DNA of 44,397 bases from an uncultured Flavobacteriaceae bacterium (GTDB lineage: Bacteria; Bacteroidota; Bacteroidia; AKYH767-A; OLB10): contig CAZPKJ010000003.1 in NCBI GenBank assembly GCA_964587075.1, positions 1 to 44,397 of the forward strand. Reading direction: 5' to 3'. The translations under genes and the position numbers were made by a program. The notes under the pieces were generated by a model, which was not told where the DNA came from, did no database searches, and saw nothing but the letters and a program-made list of their open reading frames with translations. Of this stretch, positions 27,661 to 36,627 are shown in pieces (within the stretch, counting starts at the first letter, position 1; each line of letters starts with the position of its first letter).

Positions 27661-29565
27661 TTATCCGAATAATTCAACTTCGGGTTCTTTCTCCTTGGCT
27701 TTTTCGGTAACCGGGTCAACAATAAGCTCCTCTTCCATCCGGAGGTTCTGGATGATGAAATCCTGGCGGTCGGGAGTGTTCTTACCCATATAGTAATCAA
27801 GTAAGGTATGTAAAGCGGTTTCTCCTTTTAGTTCAACCGGCTCGAGCCGGATTTTCTTTCCGATAAAAGCTTTAAACTCATCGGGCGAAATTTCACCAAG
27901 ACCTTTGAATCGTGTTATTTCAGGCTTTGGTTTTAGTTTTTCGATAGCTGCCAGCCTTTCCGGTTCCGAGTAGCAGTAAATAGTTTCTTTTTTGTTCCGA
28001 ACCCTGAACAACGGGGTTTGCAGAATATACAAATGCCCGTTCCGGACCAGGTCCGGGAAAAACTGAAGAAAGAAAGTAAGCAGAAGCAGCCTGATATGCA
28101 TACCATCCACATCGGCATCGGTGGCTATAACGATACGGTTATACCTTAAATCTTCCAGCCCGTTTTCAATATTCAACGCGTTTTGAAGCAGATTAAACTC
28201 TTCGTTTTCATAAACGATTTTTTTTGTCAGGCCAAAACAATTCAACGGCTTTCCCTTTAATGAAAACACTGCCTGCAGGCTGGTATCGCGTGCTACCGTT
28301 ATAGAACCGGATGCGGAATCACCCTCGGTGATAAACAGGGTTGAATAAACCCTGTCGGGATGTTTTGAATCGAGATGCACCCGGCAGTCGCGCAATTTCT
28401 TATTATGAAGGTTCGCTTTTTTAGCACGTTCATTTGCCAGCTTTTTGATCCCGGCGATTTCCTTGCGTTCGCGTTCCGACTGTTGAATTTTACGTAACCA
28501 GGCATCGGCTACAGCCGGATTTTTGTGCAGGAAATTATCGAGTTCCTTTTTGATAAAATCGTTGATCCAGTTTCGCAAGGAAGGTCCGTTCGGATAGGTA
28601 ACCTGCGATCCCAGTTTTGTTTTTGTTTGCGATTCAAAAACAGGTTCCTGAATACGAATACTTATAGCTGCCGAAATGGACGAACGGACATCGCTTGGGT
28701 CAAAATCCTTTTTGTAAAATTCGCGCGCCGTCTTTACAATTGCTTCGCGAAATGCCGCCTGATGGGTTCCTCCCTGAGTGGTATGCTGTCCGTTTACAAA
28801 AGAATAATAATCTTCGCCGTAAGCAGCGGTATGTGTAAATGCAACTTCAATGTCGTCACCTTTTAAATGTATTACCGGGTACAGGCCCTCATCACTGAGG
28901 TTATTGTTAAGTAAATCGAGTAATCCCTTTTCGGAGGTAAACGATTGCCCGTTAAAATTAATTGTGAGCCCGACATTCAGGTACGTATAAATCCTGATCA
29001 TCTGCTCTACAAAATCGTTTCGGTACACGTATCCGGAAAATATTTCAGCATCCGGAGTAAAAATGATGGAAGTACCATTGGCCTCACCCGCGGCTTTTAC
29101 TTTCTTTTCGCTAATCAAATTCCCCTGGGCAAACTCGGCAAGCACACTTTGTCCCTCACGAAACGATTGCACAATAAATTTATCACTGAGCGCATTCACT
29201 GCTTTGGTACCAACGCCATTTAATCCTACCGATTTCTGGAATGCCTGACTGTCGTATTTACCACCGGTATTGATTTTGGAAACACACTCAACCACTTTCC
29301 CCAAAGGAATCCCTCTTCCATAATCACGAACATCCACTACACCATCACTTATCTGAATATCGATTGTTCTTCCGTTTCCCATCACATATTCATCAATAGA
29401 GTTATCGATAATTTCCTTCAGCAATACATAAATTCCGTCGTCGCGGGAGGTGCCGTCACCTAACTTGCCAATGTACATGCCCGGACGCAACCGGATATGC
29501 TGCTTCCAGTCCAAGGACTGAATACTGGATTCATTATAAACGTTTTCCTGATTTTTTTTAGCCAT
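27661..29565 (-). CDS. parE: DNA topoisomerase IV subunit B
   Basis: GHKL motifs [25 protein letters not shown]. Toprim motifs LFITEGDSA and [12 protein letters not shown]. Confidence 0.9.
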   Translation of the reverse strand: MAKKNQENVYNESSIQSLDWKQHIRLRPGMYIGKLGDGTSRDDGIYVLLKEIIDNSIDEYVMGNGRTIDIQISDGVVDVRDYGRGIPLGKVVECVSKINTGGKYDSQAFQKSVGLNGVGTKAVNALSDKFIVQSFREGQSVLAEFAQGNLISEKKVKAAGEANGTSIIFTPDAEIFSGYVYRNDFVEQMIRIYTYLNVGLTINFNGQSFTSEKGLLDLLNNNLSDEGLYPVIHLKGDDIEVAFTHTAAYGEDYYSFVNGQHTTQGGTHQAAFREAIVKTAREFYKKDFDPSDVRSSISAAISIRIQEPVFESQTKTKLGSQVTYPNGPSLRNWINDFIKKELDNFLHKNPAVADAWLRKIQQSERERKEIAGIKKLANERAKKANLHNKKLRDCRVHLDSKHPDRVYSTLFITEGDSASGSITVARDTSLQAVFSLKGKPLNCFGLTKKIVYENEEFNLLQNALNIENGLEDLRYNRIVIATDADVDGMHIRLLLLTFFLQFFPDLVRNGHLYILQTPLFRVRNKKETIYCYSEPERLAAIEKLKPKPEITRFKGLGEISPDEFKAFIGKKIRLEPVELKGETALHTLLDYYMGKNTPDRQDFIIQNLRMEEELIVDPVTEKAKEKEPEVELFG

Positions 29566-29596
29566 TTCGCGTGATTCGCCTGTTATGATGAAAGCC

Positions 29597-29604
29597 CAAA
29601 GTTA
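29597..29604 (-). promoter_or_regulatory. candidate -7 box TAACTTTG upstream of parE
   Basis: Exact TAnnTTTG on the minus strand, 31 nt upstream of the parE ATG. Confidence 0.4.
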
Positions 29605-29693
29605 GTGAAAAGCGTGCAGTTACAGCCCTTTCCGGCAGCTACTATCCTTATTTTTTGAACTTTAAAATGTTAAAAAGAGAGGAGGTGATGTTA

Positions 29694-29723
29694 TAAAAAA
29701 ACCCGGTACCTGGGGTACCGGGG
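29694..29723 (-). terminator. rho-independent terminator of the hydrolase-like gene
   Basis: CCCGGTACC-(3 nt)-GGTACCGGG 9-bp stem, followed on the minus strand by a T run. Confidence 0.8.
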
Positions 29724-29745
29724 TGGCAAAAGCATTATTTTTAGT

Positions 29746-30987
29746 TTAATTGATAATCAAATGTTTTGAATTTCGGGATGATTCCGAAGCAATATGAAGC
29801 ATATACAAACCCTTTTTCAGGTTGGACGTGTTAAGCAAAACCTCATTGTACTGATCATTTAACGCAACATGTTCTTCATAAACCACCTGACCCATCATGT
29901 TCACAATTCTGATGGCAACCGTTGTTTCAAATTCCGTTTCAATAATTACCCGGGCATTGTTTCCGGCATTTGAGGGATTGGGGTAAACGTTAACCAATAA
30001 CGACGATAATTCTTCATCCGGTTCGTTATCGGAATCTTCGGGCTGCCAGCCAACACGGGGGGCACTTGTATTACACGCCATGATGTAAAGAAAATCTGTT
30101 TGCTTTTGTTGCAGCTTCCATTCAAATTTGTCGAGTGCCGGAGCATTGGACTTCATATAATAGCGCATAAAAGAAACGAGTAAGTACGCGGTATGATTTG
30201 AAACTGCCTGCCATGAATATGGATTTGGTCCGCCACAGGTTACCTGCGATGCTGTACAGGAAGAAGCGTTTTGAGCGAACGGACAACGGGGAACCGTAGT
30301 GTAATGTACCAGTGTTTTACAATCGGAAGCCAGATTGTTGAAAATGGCCTCCTGGACCGTAGCCAGGGGCGATACACAATCCTCCCCCCCGGCAACTACT
30401 ACCGAAGGAGCAGTAATTTGTGTCGCTGCAGCGGCTACACCCGGTGCCACTTCATTCGCAGCCAGAGTAACCAGAGTTGTAACCGTAGGGAAATGCTGTA
30501 CACCCAGAACGGCAGCGCTGCCACCTTTTCCATGACCAATCAGGCACGATTTATTGTTATACCGCTGATAAAAAAATGACGTGGGGTCGAGCCTACCATC
30601 CTTCACCGACTGAGCAACGAATGCAAGATCTTTGGCAAACTCCTCAACATCCATTACCGCCGACATTTCAGTTAATGGCGTTATTACGATAAAGCCACGA
30701 ACCGTTAAATAATTCCAGATGTATGCGTAATGATTGAATCCTGTTCCCTCATCATGTCCGAAAACTACAACAGGATAACGCTTTTCTATTGGTGATCCGA
30801 ATGGAACATCCCAGCCGGTTACATCGGCAGGATAGAATACGTTGGCATCAATTTGCCGGTTTGAACGGGAAGGGTCGGTAAAAGTCATCGACTTGTAACC
30901 AATCTCCCAGGTTTGAGCTGAAGCACTTGAAATTGCTATCGTTGCGAAAGCAATCGTCAGGAAGAGTTGTTTGTGAATTTTGTGCAT
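29746..30987 (-). CDS. T9SS-secreted alpha/beta-hydrolase-fold protein (dienelactone hydrolase/cutinase-like) with a non-canonical nucleophile elbow
   Basis: Signal peptide MHKIHKQLFLTIAFATIAISSASA. YPVVVFGH ... RGFIVITP ... CLIGHGKGGSAA, an elbow-like motif with Gly where Ser is expected. VVVAGGEDCVSP. C-terminal VYPNPS...GLYMLHI T9SS sorting domain. ATG 30987 preferred over the track start 31050. Confidence 0.7.
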   Translation of the reverse strand: MHKIHKQLFLTIAFATIAISSASAQTWEIGYKSMTFTDPSRSNRQIDANVFYPADVTGWDVPFGSPIEKRYPVVVFGHDEGTGFNHYAYIWNYLTVRGFIVITPLTEMSAVMDVEEFAKDLAFVAQSVKDGRLDPTSFFYQRYNNKSCLIGHGKGGSAAVLGVQHFPTVTTLVTLAANEVAPGVAAAATQITAPSVVVAGGEDCVSPLATVQEAIFNNLASDCKTLVHYTTVPRCPFAQNASSCTASQVTCGGPNPYSWQAVSNHTAYLLVSFMRYYMKSNAPALDKFEWKLQQKQTDFLYIMACNTSAPRVGWQPEDSDNEPDEELSSLLVNVYPNPSNAGNNARVIIETEFETTVAIRIVNMMGQVVYEEHVALNDQYNEVLLNTSNLKKGLYMLHIASESSRNSKHLIIN

Positions 30988-31348
30988 TTTGCAGGGTTTT
31001 GAGTTAAGTTCCACTGAGGGTTGACAATAATGGGACGAAAGTAATGACACTATGATGCATCATGTTAATTTTTTGGTTAATATAAACTTTAGCTGGGCTA
31101 AGATATTGGATTCCCGGACTAAGAAAATTATTTTATAACTATTTATATATCAAGTAGATAACTAAAAAGCTGGGTGGTGGCACATCTTTAATGGGTAAAC
31201 TCGTTCAAATGCCTGACGAAAAAGCACCTTTGAGTTCAAAAGTATAAATATTTTAAGATTTATGGCGGATCAAAAAACAGATAGTTACTAACAACCGGAT
31301 AATTGCCTGATAAAAATTAATGTTTACATTGACGGCAAAATTCCGGGG

Positions 31349-32578
31349 ATGGATTCACTTAAAAATAATCGCCATACATATTCACTGATTTTATTGAGTA
31401 CCCTGTTTTTTATGTGGGGATTCATAACGGTTTTAAATGATATTCTCATACCCCATTTGAAGGGTTTGTTTGAATTGAATTATACACGCACCATGTTTAT
31501 TCAGTTTAGTTTTTTCGGTGCCTATTTTATCACATCCATTCCCGCGGGAGCGGTCATTTCACGAATCGGATACAAACGCGGGATTGTAATGGGATTGAGT
31601 GTAACAGGATTGGGAGCCTTGCTTTTTTTTCCGGCTTCCATCATTATCTCCTATCCATTTTTTCTCGCCGCATTGTTCATACTGGCCTCCGGGATTACAA
31701 TTCTTCAGGTAGCGGCCAATCCTTATGTAGCGGTGCTGGGTAAGCCCGAAACCGCCTCCAGCCGGTTAAACCTTACCCAGGCCATCAATTCTCTCGGAAC
31801 TACCATAGCGCCCTATTTCGGTTCGATATTAATACTTGATACGATGGGTACTTTTCGTTCCCCCGCACAGGAAGCGGCCAGTGTTCAGGGGCCTTACCTG
31901 GGTATCGCCCTTCTGTTGGGCATAATTGCACTGTTGGTTGCATTTTCAAAATTGCCGGCTATCAGCGATGCAACGCTTGAATCGTATCATGATACCAGTC
32001 ACTTTGGCAAGAAAAGCGCATGGCAATACAAGCATCTGGTTCGTGGCGCATTTGCTGTTTTCCTGTATGTTGGAGGGGAGGTTACTATCGGAAGTTTTTT
32101 AGTTAATTACCTGGTACTTCCTGAAATTGGCAATTTACAGGAAGTTACAGCAGGCAAAATGGTTTCGTTGTACTGGGGCGGTGCCATGGCAGGCAGATTT
32201 ATTGGCGCCCTGCTGCTGCAACGGATCAAGCCCAACAAGCTGCTATCGGTTTGTGCATTGATGGCCATTGTTCTTATTCTGGTAAGTACTAACAGCAGCG
32301 GCTATGTGGCCATGTACACCATTATTGCCGTAGGACTTTTTAATTCCATCATGTTTGCCAACATATTTACCATGTCGATGGATGGGCTTGGTAAATTTAC
32401 CGGCGAAGGTTCAGGTATCCTTTGTATGGCTATAGTTGGAGGCGCAGTGGTTCCGGTACTAACAGGAATGCTGGCCGATTATGCTGGTTTGCAAAATGCA
32501 CTCATGGCCGTTATAGTTTGTTACGCTTACATCTATTACTTTGGCAGGAAAGGATATTTGCGCGACCGCAAAGCATAA
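31349..32578 (+). CDS. sugar MFS transporter (FucP/GluP-type)
   Basis: 12 TM segments. N-terminus LFFMWGFITVLNDILIPHLK is typical of the fucose/glucose-galactose permease subfamily. Confidence 0.8.
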   Translation: MDSLKNNRHTYSLILLSTLFFMWGFITVLNDILIPHLKGLFELNYTRTMFIQFSFFGAYFITSIPAGAVISRIGYKRGIVMGLSVTGLGALLFFPASIIISYPFFLAALFILASGITILQVAANPYVAVLGKPETASSRLNLTQAINSLGTTIAPYFGSILILDTMGTFRSPAQEAASVQGPYLGIALLLGIIALLVAFSKLPAISDATLESYHDTSHFGKKSAWQYKHLVRGAFAVFLYVGGEVTIGSFLVNYLVLPEIGNLQEVTAGKMVSLYWGGAMAGRFIGALLLQRIKPNKLLSVCALMAIVLILVSTNSSGYVAMYTIIAVGLFNSIMFANIFTMSMDGLGKFTGEGSGILCMAIVGGAVVPVLTGMLADYAGLQNALMAVIVCYAYIYYFGRKGYLRDRKA

Positions 32579-32608
32579 TTTCAAAATGGATACAAACACA
32601 TTATTCAT

Positions 32609-33586
32609 ATGAACAACCGGCGAAAATTTATTAAAGACGCAGCGCTTACCGCCATACTGGCCGGGTCATTTCCCCTTGCCGGGAAGGCTGATTACAAACA
32701 GCCCACAGAGCAACGCAAAACGCCACTGGTGATTTCCACATGGAATCACGGTCTGGCCGCAAACGAAGCGGCATGGAAAATTATCAAATCGGGAGGCACG
32801 TCCCTGGATGCTGCAGAACATGGTGTAAAAGTTACTGAAGCCGATCCGTCCAACGGAAGTGTGGGCATTGGTGGACGGCCCGACCGCGACGGCAGGGTTA
32901 CGCTCGATGCGTGCATCATGAACGAAAAAGGTGATTGCGGTTCAGTAGCTTGTCTCGAACATATTATTCATCCGATATCAGTTGCACGGCTGGTTATGGA
33001 AAAAACACCTCATGTGATGCTCGTTGGAGAGGGCGCATTGATGTTTGCACTCAGCCAGGGTTTCCAAAAACAAAATCTGCTGACTCCCGAATCGGAAGCT
33101 GAATGGAAGGCATGGCTCCAGAAAAGCAATTATCAACCTGTAATCAATATCGAAAACCACGATACCATTGGTTTGCTGGCCATCGATGAAAAGGGTGATA
33201 TCAGCGGAGCCTGCACCACCAGCGGACTGGCATATAAAATGCACGGGCGGGTTGGTGATTCACCAATTATTGGCGCAGGCCTCTATGTCGATAATGAAGT
33301 TGGTGGTGCAACTGCAACCGGTTTGGGAGAAGCGGTTATCCGGCAATGCGGCAGCTTCCTGGTTGTTGAGCTTATGCGAAACGGTTTAACACCATTGCAG
33401 GCTTGTAAAACCGCCGTTGATCGAATTATAAAACACGAAAAGAATTTGAATGATTTACAGGTTGGATTTATTGCCGTTAACAAACTCGGGCAAACCGGTG
33501 GGTACGCTATTCATCCGGGATTTAATTATGCCCTGTGCGACTCGGATGGAAACCGCATGATTGATGCCGATTTCGGAACGCGGTGA
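32609..33586 (+). CDS. N4-(beta-N-acetylglucosaminyl)-L-asparaginase (glycosylasparaginase), Tat-exported
   Basis: Twin-arginine signal MNNRRKFIKDAAL. Ntn autoprocessing site HDTIGLLAID. GDSPIIGAG. Confidence 0.85.
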   Translation: MNNRRKFIKDAALTAILAGSFPLAGKADYKQPTEQRKTPLVISTWNHGLAANEAAWKIIKSGGTSLDAAEHGVKVTEADPSNGSVGIGGRPDRDGRVTLDACIMNEKGDCGSVACLEHIIHPISVARLVMEKTPHVMLVGEGALMFALSQGFQKQNLLTPESEAEWKAWLQKSNYQPVINIENHDTIGLLAIDEKGDISGACTTSGLAYKMHGRVGDSPIIGAGLYVDNEVGGATATGLGEAVIRQCGSFLVVELMRNGLTPLQACKTAVDRIIKHEKNLNDLQVGFIAVNKLGQTGGYAIHPGFNYALCDSDGNRMIDADFGTR

Positions 33587-33650
33587 CCTGTCGTGCTTTG
33601 TATTGAGTAAATAATATTTGCATCCATGTTCTTTAGAAATAAATTTATCC

Positions 33651-36608
33651 ATGAATAGACTGTACTTACAAACCATTTTCATTTTTCTGCTTTCATTCCA
33701 GATATTTATTCCCCGGCTGAGCAATTGCCAGTCAAGGAAACTTTCAAATTATGTTGATCCATTTATAGGCACCGACGGATTCGGTCATACCTTTCCGGGT
33801 GCCACCACACCATTTGGCATGGTACAGCTCAGTCCTGATACGCGAATCAAAGGATGGGAAAATTGTTCCGGTTATCACTCGTCGAACAAAACTATTATCG
33901 GCTTCAGCCATACACACCTGAGTGGAACGGGCGCCGCCGATTACGGCGATATCATGTATATGGCTACCGAAGGAATTCAGCTAATGCCGGGTAATGAAAC
34001 AGAACCCCTTTCGGGATACCGTTCTGCATTCAGAAAAGAAACCGAAAAAGCCAAACCGGGATATTATAAAGTGATGCTCGATGATCATGGCATACAGGCA
34101 GAGATGACTGCCACTACACGTTGTGGTATGCAGAAGTATACCTTCCCGCTATCAGGCCAATCAACCATTATTCTCGACCTTGTTCATGGTATTGAAGATA
34201 AAGTAGCGGATGCAAAAATTGAATTTACCGGCAATAATTCCGTAGCAGGTTACCGCAGGTCATCGGGCTGGGCAAAAAACCATGTCGTATTTTTTTATAC
34301 GGAGTTTTCCATGCCATTTACAGTACATGGTATAGCCGGTGCCAATGGCAAAATACTCGAGGGAAGAAGCCATACCAGCCCCAATGGACTCAAGGCATAT
34401 ATGCAATTTAAGCTCCGAAACTATGAGTCGGTTGTTGTACGTACCGGCATTTCAACGGTAAGTATCGATAATGCGAGAGCAAACCTGTATGCCGAAATGC
34501 AGGAATGGGATTTTAATAAAGTCGCTGCCGCAGCATCCATGGCCTGGGATGATGAGCTGAGCAGAATCCTTGTGGAAGGGGGAAGAAAAGAGGATCGTAC
34601 AAATTTTTACACAGCACTTTACCATTGTATGATCAGTCCTAATATTATGTCGGATACCGATGGCCGTTACCGGGGTATGGATGACAAAATTTACAAAATG
34701 GACCGCGGACACATGTACACCGTGTTTTCATTGTGGGATACATTCAGGGCGCTTCACCCGCTGTTCACCATCATTGATCCGATCAGGGCACAGGAATTTG
34801 TACGGGCTCTGATACAAAAGTATAAGGAATCGGGATTGTTACCCGTTTGGGAACTCGCATCCAACGAAACCAATTGCATGATTGGTTACCATTCCGTTCC
34901 GGTAATTGCTGATGCTTACATGAAAGGATTAACCGATTTTGATTTTCAAACCGCTTATGAAGCTATGAAAAAAAGTGCCGAAATGACCCACCTGGGCCTG
35001 CGGTTTTATAAAGAGGTTGGTTACATTCCTTCCGATAAGGAAAATGAATCTGTTTCTAAAACTCTTGAATATACTTACGACGACTGGTGCATCGCTCAAA
35101 TTGCCAAAGCTATTGGAAGGATGGACGAATATGAACATTACCTCAGGCGTTCGGGAACTTATCTGAACGTTTACGATACCCGGACAGGATTTATGCGAGG
35201 AAAGAAAAATGCCAACTGGGTTACTCCATTCGATCCTTACGAAGTAAGTGGTATTTACACCGAAGCAAATGCTTGGCAGTATACCTGGTTTGTTCCTCAC
35301 GATATCGATGGCATGATTTCCATGATGGGTGGTATGGAAAAATTTACCACACGGCTCGACAGCCTGTTTTCGGCAAAAGTTGATTTAACAGGACGGTCGC
35401 AACCCGATATCAGCGGCATGATCGGTCAATATGCACACGGTAACGAACCGAGTCACCACATGACATACCTTTATAACTTCACGGGAAACCGGCACCGGAC
35501 AGCAGAGCTTACACGACAAATAATGCGTAATTTTTACACTAATCAACGCGATGGTCTGATAGGTAATGAAGATTGCGGACAAATGTCGGCCTGGTATGTG
35601 TTCTCGGCTATGGGGTTTTACCCGGTTTGCCCGGGAAACAATCAATATGAAACCGGCTCTCCCCTCTTCTCAAAAATTACCCTGGGAAAAAATACCGGAA
35701 ATAAATTTGTAATAACGGCCGATAGCTTATCTGATGAAAATATTTACCCTGTTGAAATTTTACTGAATGGCGAAAAAATGTATTCAGCACTCAGCCACGA
35801 AGCTTTCAGGCTTGGCGGATCGCTTCACTTCAAGTTGAGAAAGGTACCGGCTCCTGTTTCGATAGCCGTTCAAAATAAACAACCCGGCGAATACCGGATG
35901 GTGATGATTCCATTTTTAAATTCGGGTGAACAGGCATTTTTAGATTCCACTTTCGTGGAGATGAAATGTTATACCAGCGATGCTGTAATCCGGTTTACCA
36001 ATGATGGAAGCGAACCGGATGAATCATCCATGGTTTACAAGCGGCCTTTTTATGTTAAAAACAGCGTTACACTTAAAATGAAAGCATTCAACCGTGACTT
36101 ACATCCCAGCTATACCGAACAGGCGTCCTTTATTAAGATCCCTTACCGTAAAACTATTTCTTACACGTATCCATACAGTCACTTATATACCGCCGGAGGA
36201 AGAAACGGGCTAATTGACGGATTGCGCGGTGAAACCGGTGCCTTTGGTGCCTGGCAGGGATTTTACGGCGACGACTTTGAAGCGGTGCTCGACCTGGGAG
36301 AAAAACGACAGTTTTCGAAAATTGAAACTTCTTTTCTTCAGCAATATCCCAGCTGGATATGGGCGCCTCAGTTTGTTGAGTATTTTATTTCAAATGACGG
36401 AATCAATTATTCGAGTGTTTATAAGTCGGATAAACAGGTTCCGCTCAATCAACCCGAATCATTTGTTACTCCCTACACATTCTTATCATCCGCCGGTGAA
36501 GCCCGCTACGTCAAAATTTTTGCCAGAAATATTAAGGTATGTCCCGACTGGCACCCGGGCGCGGGCGAAAAGGCATGGCTGTTTATTGATGAAATTACTG
36601 TAGAATAG
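33651..36608 (+). CDS. GH92 alpha-mannosidase with C-terminal Fn3-associated and F5/8-type-C-like domains
   Basis: FIGTDGFGHTFPGATTPFGMVQLSPDT, HGNEPSHH, GNEDCGQMSAWYV. C-terminal discoidin-like module (ARYVKIFARN ... LFIDEITVE). ATG 33651 (MNRLYLQTIFIFLL signal) preferred over TTG 33618. Confidence 0.9.
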   Translation: MNRLYLQTIFIFLLSFQIFIPRLSNCQSRKLSNYVDPFIGTDGFGHTFPGATTPFGMVQLSPDTRIKGWENCSGYHSSNKTIIGFSHTHLSGTGAADYGDIMYMATEGIQLMPGNETEPLSGYRSAFRKETEKAKPGYYKVMLDDHGIQAEMTATTRCGMQKYTFPLSGQSTIILDLVHGIEDKVADAKIEFTGNNSVAGYRRSSGWAKNHVVFFYTEFSMPFTVHGIAGANGKILEGRSHTSPNGLKAYMQFKLRNYESVVVRTGISTVSIDNARANLYAEMQEWDFNKVAAAASMAWDDELSRILVEGGRKEDRTNFYTALYHCMISPNIMSDTDGRYRGMDDKIYKMDRGHMYTVFSLWDTFRALHPLFTIIDPIRAQEFVRALIQKYKESGLLPVWELASNETNCMIGYHSVPVIADAYMKGLTDFDFQTAYEAMKKSAEMTHLGLRFYKEVGYIPSDKENESVSKTLEYTYDDWCIAQIAKAIGRMDEYEHYLRRSGTYLNVYDTRTGFMRGKKNANWVTPFDPYEVSGIYTEANAWQYTWFVPHDIDGMISMMGGMEKFTTRLDSLFSAKVDLTGRSQPDISGMIGQYAHGNEPSHHMTYLYNFTGNRHRTAELTRQIMRNFYTNQRDGLIGNEDCGQMSAWYVFSAMGFYPVCPGNNQYETGSPLFSKITLGKNTGNKFVITADSLSDENIYPVEILLNGEKMYSALSHEAFRLGGSLHFKLRKVPAPVSIAVQNKQPGEYRMVMIPFLNSGEQAFLDSTFVEMKCYTSDAVIRFTNDGSEPDESSMVYKRPFYVKNSVTLKMKAFNRDLHPSYTEQASFIKIPYRKTISYTYPYSHLYTAGGRNGLIDGLRGETGAFGAWQGFYGDDFEAVLDLGEKRQFSKIETSFLQQYPSWIWAPQFVEYFISNDGINYSSVYKSDKQVPLNQPESFVTPYTFLSSAGEARYVKIFARNIKVCPDWHPGAGEKAWLFIDEITVE

Positions 36609-36627
36609 TTAGTACTTCTTCCCGGAG

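Noticed and set aside
36214-36603. A 129-aa alternative-frame ORF inside the GH92 C-terminal domain.
   Set aside because: The GH92 frame continues with a coherent discoidin-like domain to its stop. The alternative frame has no features.
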